Of a stretch of DNA of 64,000 nt, positions 49,208-58,636 are shown one piece after another; the first letter of the stretch is position 1, and every line of letters starts with the position of its first letter. Under the pieces are notes generated by a model, which ran no database searches, was not told the DNA's origin, and saw only the letters and a program-made list of their open reading frames with translations. This stretch comes from Escherichia coli (lineage in GTDB: Bacteria > Pseudomonadota > Gammaproteobacteria > Enterobacterales > Enterobacteriaceae): assembly GCF_001677475.2 (NCBI RefSeq), contig NZ_CP015229.1, one strand, 5' to 3'. Both the position numbers and the translations under genes were made by a program.

Positions 49208-49884
49208 GAAGAGGCTCCCATCGGGTGCAGGCGGTCGGCGACGTCATTGCGTACGGCTTCGTCATGGAAGATACCGACGATGGCTGCGCCACGGGCTTTA
49301 GCTTCGAGAATCAGTTCCACCACCGCGGCGCTGTTTTTGGCGTCCAGCGAGGCGGTAGGTTCGTCGAGCAGCAGAATGGGGTAGTCGACGATAAAGCCAC
49401 GGGCGATGTTGACGCGCTGCTGTTCGCCGCCGGAGAAGGTCGATGGTGCAAGGTGCCACAGGCGTTCAGGCACGTTCAGGCGCGTCAGTAATCGGGCGGC
49501 TTTAGCGGCGCAGGCTTCACGCGGTACGCCGGTATCGAGCAGAGGCTGCATCACCACTTCCAGTGCCGAAATACGCGGGATGACGCGCAGAAACTGGCTC
49601 ACCCAGCCGATGGTGGTTTTGCGGATCTCCACCACTTTGCGCGCTGGCGCGGTGACCAGGTCTACCCATTCCTCACCGTGTTTGATCTGGATTTGCCCTT
49701 CGTCGGGCAGATAGTTGGCGTACAGCGAGCGCAGCAGGGTTGATTTTCCGCTGCCGGAGTGGCCGTGAAGCACCACGCATTCGCCTGCGTTGACGGTGAG
49801 CGAGGCACGTTGTAAGACGTGCAGGCGCACGCCGTTTTGCTGGTGCAGGATGAAGGTTTTACTGACGTTTTGTACGTTAATCAT
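49204..49884 (-). CDS. phnL: C-P lyase system ABC-type ATPase
   Basis: 226 aa from [11 protein letters not shown]; Walker [10 protein letters not shown]. Confidence 0.95.
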   Translation of the reverse strand: MINVQNVSKTFILHQQNGVRLHVLQRASLTVNAGECVVLHGHSGSGKSTLLRSLYANYLPDEGQIQIKHGEEWVDLVTAPARKVVEIRKTTIGWVSQFLRVIPRISALEVVMQPLLDTGVPREACAAKAARLLTRLNVPERLWHLAPSTFSGGEQQRVNIARGFIVDYPILLLDEPTASLDAKNSAAVVELILEAKARGAAIVGIFHDEAVRNDVADRLHPMGASS

Positions 49885-49904
49885 TTTTCGCCTCGTGGTT
49901 CGGG

Positions 49905-49990
49905 TGTCGGATGTGACGCTGACGCGTCTTATCCGACCTACGGGGAGCGCATTTGTCGGCCGGATAAGGCGTTTACGCCGTATCCGGTAC
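49905..49990. repeat. REP element cluster between phnL and phnK
   Basis: paired palindromes TGTCGGATGTGACGCTGACGCGTCTTATCCGACC and GTCGGCCGGATAAGGCGTTTACGCCGTATCCGG. Confidence 0.75.
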
Positions 49991-49994
49991 TGGC

Positions 49995-50753
49995 TCAATT
50001 CTGCAAAACCGATGACACCAGCAACTGGGTGTACGGGTGGTGCGGGTCGTCGAGCACGCGGTCGGTTAACCCACTCTCCACCACTTGCCCCTGTTTCATC
50101 ACCAGCAAACGGTCCGCCAGCAGGCGGGCGACGCCCAGATCGTGGGTGACAATCACCACCGCCAGATTCAGCTCCACCACCAGACCGCGCAGCAGATCGA
50201 GCAGGCGCGCCTGTACCGATACATCCAGCCCGCCGGTCGGTTCATCCATAAACACCAGCTTCGGATGCGTCACCAGGTTACGGGCAATCTGCAAACGTTG
50301 CTGCATGCCGCCGGAAAAGGTGGTCGGCAGGTCGTCGATCCGGTTGGCGGGAATCTCCACCTCTTCCAGCCACTTCTGCGCGGTGGCGCGGATGTCGCCG
50401 TAATGACGCGCCCCGGTTGCCATCAAGCGTTCGCCGATGTTGCCGCCCGCCGATACCTGACGGCGCAGGCCGTCGAGCGGATGCTGATGCACCACGCCCC
50501 ATTCGGTGCGCAGCAGGCGACGGCGGTCGGCCTCGCTCATGCCATAGAGGGAACGGTTTTCATAGTGAATCTCCCCCTGCTGCGGCGTCAGGCGCGCGGA
50601 GATTGATTTCAGCAGCGTGGTCTTCCCGGAGCCGGATTCCCCGACAATGCCTAGCACTTCCCCCGGCCATAAATCAAAAGAGACATCGCTAAAGCCTTTG
50701 CCCGGCGCGTAAAGGTGGGTCAGGTTATTGATCGAAAGTAACGGTTGATTCAT
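49995..50753 (-). CDS. phnK: C-P lyase system ABC-type ATPase
   Basis: 252 aa from [11 protein letters not shown]; Walker [10 protein letters not shown]. Confidence 0.95.
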   Translation of the reverse strand: MNQPLLSINNLTHLYAPGKGFSDVSFDLWPGEVLGIVGESGSGKTTLLKSISARLTPQQGEIHYENRSLYGMSEADRRRLLRTEWGVVHQHPLDGLRRQVSAGGNIGERLMATGARHYGDIRATAQKWLEEVEIPANRIDDLPTTFSGGMQQRLQIARNLVTHPKLVFMDEPTGGLDVSVQARLLDLLRGLVVELNLAVVIVTHDLGVARLLADRLLVMKQGQVVESGLTDRVLDDPHHPYTQLLVSSVLQN

Positions 50754-51595
50754 TGGTTTTTTGCCTCGCTCTGTTGGCGGCAATAATCGGTATCGGAGCA
50801 GACAAACATGCGGTTTCCGGCGTCATCCAGCACCACTTCATCAAGATAGCTGTGGGTCGATCCGCAGATGGCGCACGGCTCATCCCACTGCTGGACGGTG
50901 AACGGGTGATCGTCGAAATCGAGGCTTTCCACGCGGGTAAACGGCGGCACCGCATAGATGCGCTTCTCACGCCCTGCGCCGAACAGTTGCAGGGCGGGCA
51001 TCATGTCCATTTTCGGGTTATCGAATTTCGGGATCGGCGACGGGTCCATCACGTAGCGCCCGTTCACCTTCACCGGATAGGCGTAGGTGGTGGCGATATG
51101 ACCGAAGCGGGCGATATCTTCATACAGCTTCACCTGCATCACGCCATACTCCTCCAGCGCGTGCATGGTGCGGGTCTCCGTTTCTCGCGGCTCGATAAAG
51201 CGCAGCGGTTCCGGGATCGGCACCTGGAAGATAACTATCTGATCTTCGGTCAGCGGCGTTTCGGGGATACGGTGGCGCGTCTGGATAAGCGTCGCATCAT
51301 CCGTGCGTTCGGTGGTGTTCACCCCGGTCACGCGCTTAAAGAAGTTGCGAATCGACACGGCGTTGGTGGTGTCATCCGCGCCCTGGTCAATCACCTTCAA
51401 CACGTCGCTTTCGCCAATCACGCTGGCGGTGAGCTGTATGCCGCCGGTTCCCCAGCCGTACGGCATCGGCATCTCGCGCCCGCCAAACGGCACCTGATAA
51501 CCGGGGATCGCTACCGCTTTTAAGATGGCGCGGCGGATCATGCGTTTGGTCTGCTCGTCGAGGTACGCAAAGTTGTAGCCGCTCAGATTAGCCAT
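50750..51595 (-). CDS. phnJ: C-P lyase catalytic radical-SAM-like subunit
   Basis: 281 aa from MANLSGYNFAYLDEQTKRM; C-terminal CxxCxxxxxC cysteine cluster. Confidence 0.95.
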   Translation of the reverse strand: MANLSGYNFAYLDEQTKRMIRRAILKAVAIPGYQVPFGGREMPMPYGWGTGGIQLTASVIGESDVLKVIDQGADDTTNAVSIRNFFKRVTGVNTTERTDDATLIQTRHRIPETPLTEDQIVIFQVPIPEPLRFIEPRETETRTMHALEEYGVMQVKLYEDIARFGHIATTYAYPVKVNGRYVMDPSPIPKFDNPKMDMMPALQLFGAGREKRIYAVPPFTRVESLDFDDHPFTVQQWDEPCAICGSTHSYLDEVVLDDAGNRMFVCSDTDYCRQQSEAKNQ

Positions 51596-52652
51596 GGTTC
51601 TGCTCCTGTTGCAGACGTTTGAGTAGCTCCAGTTCAGCCTGGAAATCGACGTAGTGCGGGAGTTTGAGGTGCGAGACAAAGCCTGCAGCTTCGACGTTGT
51701 CGGCATGCGCCAGCACGAACTCTTCATCCTGCGCCGGGCCTGTCGCGTGCTCGCCGTACTCCGGGGCTTGTAGAGCGCGGTCAACCAGCGCCATCGCCAT
51801 CGCTTTGCGCTCGCTCATGCCGAACACCAGCCCGTAGCCGCGCGTGAAGTGCGGCGGCTCATCCGGCGGGTCGATAAAACCGTTGACCATTTCACATTCG
51901 GTCATCAGCAGTTCGCCGACGTTCACCGCAAATCCCAGCTCTTCCGGCACAATCGACACGTCGATATAGCCGCTGCGGATTTCGCCTGCGAACGGATGAT
52001 TGCGTCCGTAACCACGCTGGGTGGAGTAGGCTAGCGCCAGCAAATAGCCTTCGTCGCCGCGCATTAATTGTTGCAGGCGGGAGGAGCGTGAGCAGGGGTA
52101 AACCGGCGGCGTGCGGGTGATGTCGTCCGGCTGTGCGCCGCTATCTTCTTCAAACTTCGCCAGCCCCTGACGCGCCAGCAGGCTGAAAACGTGCGGCGAC
52201 GGCTGTTGTTCGCTGTCGGCTGTGGTCAGCGTCGGCGCTTCGCCGTTTGCCAGCAGGGTGAAATCGAGCAGGCGATGGGTGTAGTCGTAGGTTGGGCCAA
52301 GCAGCTGGCCGCCGGGAATATCTTTATAAACCGCTGAAATACGCCGTTCGAGACGCATCTCCGTGGTGTCGAGCGGCTCGCTTACCGCGAGCTTCGCCAG
52401 CGTGGTGCGGTAGGCGCGTAGCAGGAAAATCGCTTCAACGTTATCGCCGCTGGCCTGTTTCAGCGCCAGCGCAGCCAGTTCGCGGTCGGCAATGCCGCCT
52501 TCGGTCATCACGCGATCTACCGCGAGGTTAAGCTGCTGTTCAATCTGGGCGACGCTCAGTTCAGGCAAATCGGTATCGCCCCGGCGTCGGCTCTCTTGCA
52601 GGGCGTGGGCGGCGTCGATCGCCTTCTCGCCCCCTTTCACGGCAACGTACAT
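51588..52652 (-). CDS. phnI: C-P lyase core complex subunit
   Basis: 354 aa from [13 protein letters not shown]. Confidence 0.95.
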   Translation of the reverse strand: MYVAVKGGEKAIDAAHALQESRRRGDTDLPELSVAQIEQQLNLAVDRVMTEGGIADRELAALALKQASGDNVEAIFLLRAYRTTLAKLAVSEPLDTTEMRLERRISAVYKDIPGGQLLGPTYDYTHRLLDFTLLANGEAPTLTTADSEQQPSPHVFSLLARQGLAKFEEDSGAQPDDITRTPPVYPCSRSSRLQQLMRGDEGYLLALAYSTQRGYGRNHPFAGEIRSGYIDVSIVPEELGFAVNVGELLMTECEMVNGFIDPPDEPPHFTRGYGLVFGMSERKAMAMALVDRALQAPEYGEHATGPAQDEEFVLAHADNVEAAGFVSHLKLPHYVDFQAELELLKRLQQEQNHG

Positions 52653-53236
52653 CAGCACACCTCCACATGAGTGGTTCGCGGGATAGCCAGCAGGCGCTCG
52701 CCGCAGGTCAGGATCAGGTCGATGCCGAGCGGGAACGGGTGCGGGCGCTCGGTGAGTTCGTGCAGAATGCACTCTGGCAGCTGCGGAGCGATCATTCGTT
52801 CTTCGGCAATACCCGCGCCAGTAAGGCGCAGCATGCGCCCGCCGCTCAGGCTGACGACCTGTAAAATCAGCGTCGCGCCCGCTTCCGGCGCAACAGCGGT
52901 GCCGCTGGAAAGAGCGTTGAGCTGTTCGCTGGAAATCGCCTCATCCGTTACCGCGAAGGTCGCCAGTTCCGGTTGATTGACCAGAGGCGCGTTGGTATGA
53001 AAACGCAGGCTCTGGCTGACGATATCGTTACTTAATGGCGCGGAAAGCCACACCGGCGTGTCGTTATCGGCCAGCGTCAGCAGCACGCTGGTGGTGGCGA
53101 TATTCAGCGGCTGCCAGCCGCGTTTGAGCTGATGCAGGGCGACAATCACGCCCGGCTCGCTCATGGCCTTTAACAGGCGACGAAAACTGTGCTGGGCATC
53201 CTGCACGGGAAGCATAAAAGCGGTTTCCAGGGTCAT
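52652..53236 (-). CDS. phnH: C-P lyase core complex subunit
   Basis: 194 aa. Confidence 0.95.
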   Translation of the reverse strand: MTLETAFMLPVQDAQHSFRRLLKAMSEPGVIVALHQLKRGWQPLNIATTSVLLTLADNDTPVWLSAPLSNDIVSQSLRFHTNAPLVNQPELATFAVTDEAISSEQLNALSSGTAVAPEAGATLILQVVSLSGGRMLRLTGAGIAEERMIAPQLPECILHELTERPHPFPLGIDLILTCGERLLAIPRTTHVEVC

Positions 53237-53685
53237 GCGTTGTCTCCGCGAACCATCGTAAAGAAGTCGACCCGGCTGGCGTTCACTTCGGCCTGGCGTG
53301 CGGCAATGCGTGCCATACGGTCAGCATCCAGCGGGGCAATAAGGGTTTCTGATAAGTTTTGAAAGTGGCGAGATTGCTGCATCAGCGCGTCAATCAGCGC
53401 GCAGCGTTCGGCATGCTGTTTATCACGCCCCAGCACCCAGCTGTAGCCGAGCGTGCCGTCAGTCAGGCGCACGGCGGCGCGGGTCAGCGTGGCGTCGCCG
53501 GCAAAAAAGCGTTCGCCGGTGCCGCCCATCCGCGCCTGAATCTGCACCAGGCCAGTTTCGGCGGCGCGGATTACTTCATAGTCGGCGGTGATGTTCAGCG
53601 CGTTCAGGCGGGCTGCCAGTTCAGCCGGTTGGCTGTGCGCCAGTACGGACATCCAGTGCTGGCGGGTCGCGGTATCTGCGTGCAT
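53233..53685 (-). CDS. phnG: C-P lyase core complex subunit
   Basis: 150 aa. Confidence 0.95.
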   Translation of the reverse strand: MHADTATRQHWMSVLAHSQPAELAARLNALNITADYEVIRAAETGLVQIQARMGGTGERFFAGDATLTRAAVRLTDGTLGYSWVLGRDKQHAERCALIDALMQQSRHFQNLSETLIAPLDADRMARIAARQAEVNASRVDFFTMVRGDNA

Positions 53686-54411
53686 TCAGTGCTCCATAGT
53701 GAATTCAATCATGTCGGCGCGCGTCAGGCTGACGGAGTACTCCGCCGGGCTGCTTTCACCGTCACGGTGGTTAAGGGTGCGCACGCACAGCAGCGGCGAC
53801 ATATTCGGGATTTCAAGACGCTGGCACTCTTTGGCCTGGGCGCGGCGGGCGCTGATCCGCGTCTGGCTGCGGCGCAGCGCAATCCCCGTTTGCTCGCGCA
53901 GAAAATCGTGCAGCGAGCCGCTGTCGAAGCGTTGCAGCGTCGGCCAGAGAGTAAGGTCCGCGAAGTAGTGGTCGATTAAACAGAGCGCGACGCCGTTGAC
54001 CCGACGCAGGGTGCGCAGGTGGATGACGTTCTCGCCCTCGGTTATCCCCAGCGCGTCAGCGACGTGACCGGAGGCGGGGCGCAGCACCGACAGCAGTTTT
54101 TCGCTGGTGGGATGGCTGCCCTGGTCCAGCAGGTTCTGGCTAAAACGCGCCTGGGCGTTGAGCGGGTAATCGAACGGGCGCATCAGCACCAGCACGCCGA
54201 CGCCCTGACGGCGTTGTACCCAGCCTTTTTCCACCAGTTGGTCGATGGCGCGGCGCAGGGTGTGGCGATTCACCTCAAAGCGCGCCGCCAGTTGCTGCTC
54301 GGCGGGAAGATAGTCGCCGCAGCGATAGTGTTGACGAAGCTCCTGCTCAAGTTTTGCGGCTATCTCCTGATAGCGTGTTGGGTAGCTGGTCGGATGTGTA
54401 GACAAGTGCAT
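53686..54411 (-). CDS. phnF: GntR-family transcriptional repressor of the phn operon
   Basis: 241 aa; N-terminal GntR HTH, UTRA effector domain. Confidence 0.9.
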   Translation of the reverse strand: MHLSTHPTSYPTRYQEIAAKLEQELRQHYRCGDYLPAEQQLAARFEVNRHTLRRAIDQLVEKGWVQRRQGVGVLVLMRPFDYPLNAQARFSQNLLDQGSHPTSEKLLSVLRPASGHVADALGITEGENVIHLRTLRRVNGVALCLIDHYFADLTLWPTLQRFDSGSLHDFLREQTGIALRRSQTRISARRAQAKECQRLEIPNMSPLLCVRTLNHRDGESSPAEYSVSLTRADMIEFTMEH

Positions 54412-54431
54412 AGCTATCAATGCCTCGCTTA

Positions 54432-55211
54432 TCAGATAAAGTGCTTACGCAACCGTTGAGAGAGGAAATCCAGCAGGCTGACCGTGACGATAATCAGCAC
54501 CATCAGGGCGCAGGTTTGCTGGAACTGGAAACCGCGAATCGCTTCCCACAGCGTGACGCCAATTCCGCCTGCGCCGACCATGCCTACGACGGTCGCCGAA
54601 CGGACGTTGGATTCGAAGCGATAGAGAGAATAGGAAATCAGCAGCGGCATCACTTGCGGCAGCACGCCGTAGAGGATCTCTTCGAGCTTGTTGGCACCAG
54701 TGGCGCGAATACCTTCCACCGGGCCGGGTTCAATTGCTTCTACCGCTTCGGAAAGCAGCTTGGAGAGCACGCCGGTGGTGTGGATAAACAGCGCCAGCAC
54801 GCCAGCGAACGGGCCAAGGCCGACGGCGACCACGAACAGCATGGCGAAGACCATTTCGTTAATGGCGCGGCAGGCGTCCATCAGGCGGCGTACGGGCTGG
54901 TAAACCCACCACGGCACCAGGTTTTCGGCGCTCATCAGGCCAAAGGGGATGGAGAGAACCACCGCCAGCGCGGTGCCCCAGACGGCGATTTGCAGCGTGA
55001 CGGCCATTTCGGTGAGGTAATCCTGCCACTGGCTGAAATCGGGCGGGAAGAAGTCGGCGGCGAACGTCGCCATGTTGCCGCCGTCTTTAATCAGCGTGAG
55101 CGGGGCCATTTCCGCGCCCTGCCACGAGACGACCAGCACGGCGAGAACAATGGCCCAGCTCAGAAGCGAGAACCAGCTGCGCTTGGGTGGGGCGATGGTG
55201 ATGGTTTGCAT
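54432..55211 (-). CDS. phnE: phosphonate ABC transporter permease (apparently intact)
   Basis: 259-aa uninterrupted ORF with ABC permease TM pattern. Confidence 0.9.
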   Translation of the reverse strand: MQTITIAPPKRSWFSLLSWAIVLAVLVVSWQGAEMAPLTLIKDGGNMATFAADFFPPDFSQWQDYLTEMAVTLQIAVWGTALAVVLSIPFGLMSAENLVPWWVYQPVRRLMDACRAINEMVFAMLFVVAVGLGPFAGVLALFIHTTGVLSKLLSEAVEAIEPGPVEGIRATGANKLEEILYGVLPQVMPLLISYSLYRFESNVRSATVVGMVGAGGIGVTLWEAIRGFQFQQTCALMVLIIVTVSLLDFLSQRLRKHFI

Positions 55212-55233
55212 ATATTGCTCCGTTTAATGTTTT

Positions 55234-55325
55234 CTCCCTCTCCCTGTGGGAGAGGGCCGGGGTGAGGGCATCAGCGTGCGCATTTCCCCCTCACCCTAAC
55301 CCTCTCCCTCAAGGGAGAGGGGACC
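55234..55325. repeat. GC-rich intergenic palindromic repeat cluster between phnE and phnD
   Basis: nested inverted repeats CTCTCCCTGTGGGAGAG, GGGTGAGGG...CCCTCACCC, CCCTCTCCCTCAAGGGAGAGGGG. Confidence 0.6.
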
Positions 55326-55336
55326 GATCGAGCACA

Positions 55337-56353
55337 TTACTGCACCGCTTTACTCACCGAACTCATCGCGCTTAACGCGTTGTTCAGGCGGTCCAGGTCA
55401 TCCAGTTGCGCCTGAATCTCGGTGGTTTTCGCCAGTTTGTCCTGCTCATTCAGCCCTTTATTGCCTTTCACACCCTGCATCTCTTTAAACAGCGCGAGCT
55501 GGCGAATCGGCACCAGTTGCAGGTCGCTGGAGGCGCGGAACGGGGCCCAGCCCAGGCGCTCCAGCACCGCTTTCTCTTCCGGCGTTTTGCCGTAGTTCAT
55601 AAAGAAGTCGTAGATCTTGTCTTTGGTGGTTTCGGAAAGATTTTTGCGCCAGACGATCGGATCGCCTGGGATCAGCGGCGATTTCCAGATCACCTTCAGT
55701 TCTTTGAGCTTCTCCGGTGCGGAGGTTTTCAGCTTGTCGAGGTTTTCGGTGTTGTTGGTCGCCACATCCACTTGTTTGTTGGCGACGGCCAGCGCGTTGG
55801 TTTCATGCCCGGCGTTGACGGTGCGCTTGAAGTCGCTGGCGGAAATATTGTTTTTGGCGAAGACGTAGTAGCCGGGGACGAGGAAGCCAGAGGTGGAGTT
55901 AGGATCGCCATTGCCAAAGGTGAGATCTTTACGCTTCGCCAGCAGATCGTTCAGGTTGTTGATCGGACTGTCTTTGTTGACGATCAACACGCTCCAGTAA
56001 CCCGGCGATCCATCCGCCGCGACCGTCTGGGCGAAGACCTGACCGTTGGCGCGATCCACCGCTTCCATCGCCGACAGATTGCCGTACCAGGCGATATCCA
56101 CTTTGTTGAAGCGCATTCCCTGGATAATGCCCGCGTAGTCCGGGGCAAAGAAGGCGTTGACCTTTACGCCCAGCTTCTTCTCCATATCCTGTAAGAACGG
56201 CGTCCATTGCGGTTTCAGGTTTTGCTGTGATTCCGTTGAAATAATGCCGAAATTCAGCGCCTTTTCCTGCTCTTCGGCGTGCGCCGGGCTTAACAGGGTG
56301 CTGAGGCTGAACATGCTGGTGAAGGCCAGCGAGGCAATTATCTTAGCGTTCAT
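55337..56353 (-). CDS. phnD: phosphonate ABC transporter periplasmic binding protein
   Basis: 338 aa, signal peptide. Confidence 0.95.
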   Translation of the reverse strand: MNAKIIASLAFTSMFSLSTLLSPAHAEEQEKALNFGIISTESQQNLKPQWTPFLQDMEKKLGVKVNAFFAPDYAGIIQGMRFNKVDIAWYGNLSAMEAVDRANGQVFAQTVAADGSPGYWSVLIVNKDSPINNLNDLLAKRKDLTFGNGDPNSTSGFLVPGYYVFAKNNISASDFKRTVNAGHETNALAVANKQVDVATNNTENLDKLKTSAPEKLKELKVIWKSPLIPGDPIVWRKNLSETTKDKIYDFFMNYGKTPEEKAVLERLGWAPFRASSDLQLVPIRQLALFKEMQGVKGNKGLNEQDKLAKTTEIQAQLDDLDRLNNALSAMSSVSKAVQ

Positions 56354-56377
56354 TCGTTTTCCTCAATGATGGGGATG

Positions 56378-57166
56378 TCAGGCAGCTTTCGCGTTTTCTT
56401 CGACGCGGTTGATGCTGCGGTAGAGATGGTCAAAACGTTCGTTATCAAACTGTTGGCTGCTGCCGTCGTAGAAGACGTGCCCCTGGCGCAGGGCGACGAT
56501 GCGTTCGCAGTAGCGCAGGGCGTAATCCACCTGATGCAGCGTGACGACCACGGTAATGCCGTCGTTCTGGTTAATGTCGCGCAGGGTGTCCATCACGATG
56601 CGCGCCGATTCCGGGTCCAGCGAGGCGATGGGTTCATCGGCCAGAATTACCTTCGCCTGCTGCATCAGCGCGCGGGCAATCGCCACACGCTGCTGTTGCC
56701 CGCCGGAGAGGGTGGAAACGCGCTGATGGGCAAAATGCACCATGCCAACGCGGGTCAGCGCCTGTAACGCGCGCTGTTTCTGCTCGCGGGTGAACCAGCT
56801 AAAACAGGTGCGCCAGAATGGCGTGCTGCCGAGCGCGCCAATCAGCACGTTCTCCAGTACGCTCAGGCGATTCACCAGGTTGAATTGTTGGAAGATGTAG
56901 CCGGTGTTGGCGCGGCTTTTGCGGATATCGCGGGCCAGGCGGCCTTCGCGCTGGACTGTGCGGCCCAGCAGCTCGATATGGCTACCGGCAGATTTATCGC
57001 CGGTAATCAAACCGCTTAAGTGACGTAAAAGGGTGGATTTGCCGGAACCCGACGGCCCAAGCAGAGCCACCATTTCACCGTGATGAATGTTCAGATCAAC
57101 CGCGTGCAGCGCCTGATGCTGATTGAAGGTTTTGGCGAGCTTCTCGACACGGATAATCGTTTGCAT
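56378..57166 (-). CDS. phnC: phosphonate ABC transporter ATPase
   Basis: 262 aa; Walker [13 protein letters not shown] signature LSGGQQQR. Confidence 0.95.
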   Translation of the reverse strand: MQTIIRVEKLAKTFNQHQALHAVDLNIHHGEMVALLGPSGSGKSTLLRHLSGLITGDKSAGSHIELLGRTVQREGRLARDIRKSRANTGYIFQQFNLVNRLSVLENVLIGALGSTPFWRTCFSWFTREQKQRALQALTRVGMVHFAHQRVSTLSGGQQQRVAIARALMQQAKVILADEPIASLDPESARIVMDTLRDINQNDGITVVVTLHQVDYALRYCERIVALRQGHVFYDGSSQQFDNERFDHLYRSINRVEENAKAA

Positions 57167-57199
57167 GATGCAGCCTCCCTAAAAAAGTGGCTCCATCGT

Positions 57200-57245
57200 G
57201 GCGGATTATTGTGACGATTTTGTTAACTAAAAGTGACTAACGGAT
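57200..57245 (-). promoter_or_regulatory. putative PhoB binding region (Pho box) of the phnC promoter
   Basis: minus strand TTAGTCAC...AATCGTCACAAT: two CTGTCAY-like direct repeats about 11 bp apart, 35-80 bp upstream of phnC. Confidence 0.5.
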
Positions 57246-57298
57246 GAAGAGTTAACGAGATTTCGATGACAGTGCGGGAGGGCGGCCCTCCCGGCGGG

Positions 57299-57742
57299 TT
57301 AGTGCGTTGGTTGTTGTTTGACGACATTAATCATCCACGGTACGCCAAATTTATCGGTGACTTTGCCGAAGCCATGCGCCCAGAAAGTTTCCTGCCAGGC
57401 CATTTCGATTTTTCCGTTAGCGGCAAGGTTGTCAAACCAGCGTTTTCCTTCTTCGACCTGTTGCGAATCGAGCACCAGCGTAAAGCCGGAGTAGCTGGCT
57501 TTTCCTGACGGTATAGCATCGCTCATCATGATATCGCTTCCGGCAATGCGCACATTGGCGTGGGCGATGGCGGTATCGGGAAATTGCATTCCGGAAGGGC
57601 AGTTCTCGGCGCTGTCCTGCGCTGATTTTGGCATTTCGCCGAAGCTGATTTTATAGAGCAGTTCAGCGCCCAACGTACGTTGATAATAAGCAATTGCGTC
57701 GGCACAGTTACCGGCAAAAGAGAGGTAGGGACTTAACGGCAT
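57299..57742 (-). CDS. yjdN: glyoxalase/bleomycin-resistance fold protein
   Basis: 147 aa; synteny downstream of phnC promoter region. Confidence 0.85.
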   Translation of the reverse strand: MPLSPYLSFAGNCADAIAYYQRTLGAELLYKISFGEMPKSAQDSAENCPSGMQFPDTAIAHANVRIAGSDIMMSDAIPSGKASYSGFTLVLDSQQVEEGKRWFDNLAANGKIEMAWQETFWAHGFGKVTDKFGVPWMINVVKQQPTH

Positions 57743-57807
57743 GATGGTGACCTCAGTTAAGAGAAGCCAGTTAAGTGTAGTTCGAAATTTATACAGATGA
57801 GAGGGAA

Positions 57808-57883
57808 GCCTGATAAGACGCGGTCAGCGTCGCATCAGGCTGTCGGCATCGTTGCCGGATGCGGCGCGAGCGCCTTATCCGGC
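57808..57883. repeat. BIME (two REP elements) between yjdN and yjdM
   Basis: GCCTGATAAGACGCGGTCAGCGTCGCATCAGGC and GCCGGATGCGGCGCGAGCGCCTTATCCGGC. Confidence 0.8.
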
Positions 57884-57901
57884 TTACCGATCACAATACA
57901 A

Positions 57902-58237
57902 TCAGTTCTTTTTCACAAACTCAGATTTCAGTTTCATCGGACCAAAACCGTCGATTTTGCAATCGATGTTATGGTCGCCTTCAACCAGGCGGATGTTTTT
58001 CACTTTGGTGCCAATTTTCAGCATCGAAGAGCTACCTTTCACCTTCAGATCTTTAATGATGGTAACGCTGTCGCCGTCAGCCAGCAGATTGCCATTAGCA
58101 TCTTTAACGATCAGCTCGTCGCTTTCCTGTGCAGGTTCTGCGTCGTTCCATTCGTAGGCACATTCCGGGCAGATGTACATGCCGTTATCTTCGTAGGTGT
58201 ATTCGGAGTTGCATTTTGGGCAGTGTGGTAATGACAT
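57902..58237 (-). CDS. yjdM: zinc-ribbon protein YjdM (PhnA-like)
   Basis: 111 aa from [30 protein letters not shown], CxxC...CxxC zinc ribbon; ORF-track ORF starts at an upstream Met. Confidence 0.9.
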
Positions 58238-58636
58238 GTGGATTTCCTCAAAAGTCAGCAGGGCAAAAGCGCCAAAAAACGGCAGATTGCCGAAAAAGGC
58301 CGCAATTATACACAAAATCCCTGAGTTTGTCGGGGGTACTGCTGATTTTAGACGACGATCGTTTTCATTTGAAAGGAAACGCAAAAAGAAAATAATCTTT
58401 TTGCCTCCATTTATTATTTAAGATAAGGTTAATGCTCTACTTGTTCTTTTTTTAATTCAAATGATATTTTTATCTTTCTGACGTTTTAAACGTATCGGAA
58501 GATGTTATTTATTTTAATAAAAAAACACTCTAAATATAAAATTATTTCTTGCAGTAATTATAAAAGCCGAAAACAGAACTCAAAAACAATCTGGCTAAAT
58601 AAAAGTAACAAAATTTGCTTTAAGGAAGAATTTTCT

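Noticed and set aside
55406-56194. 262-aa ORF antisense to phnD
   Set aside because: Antisense frame within the phn operon; no supporting signals
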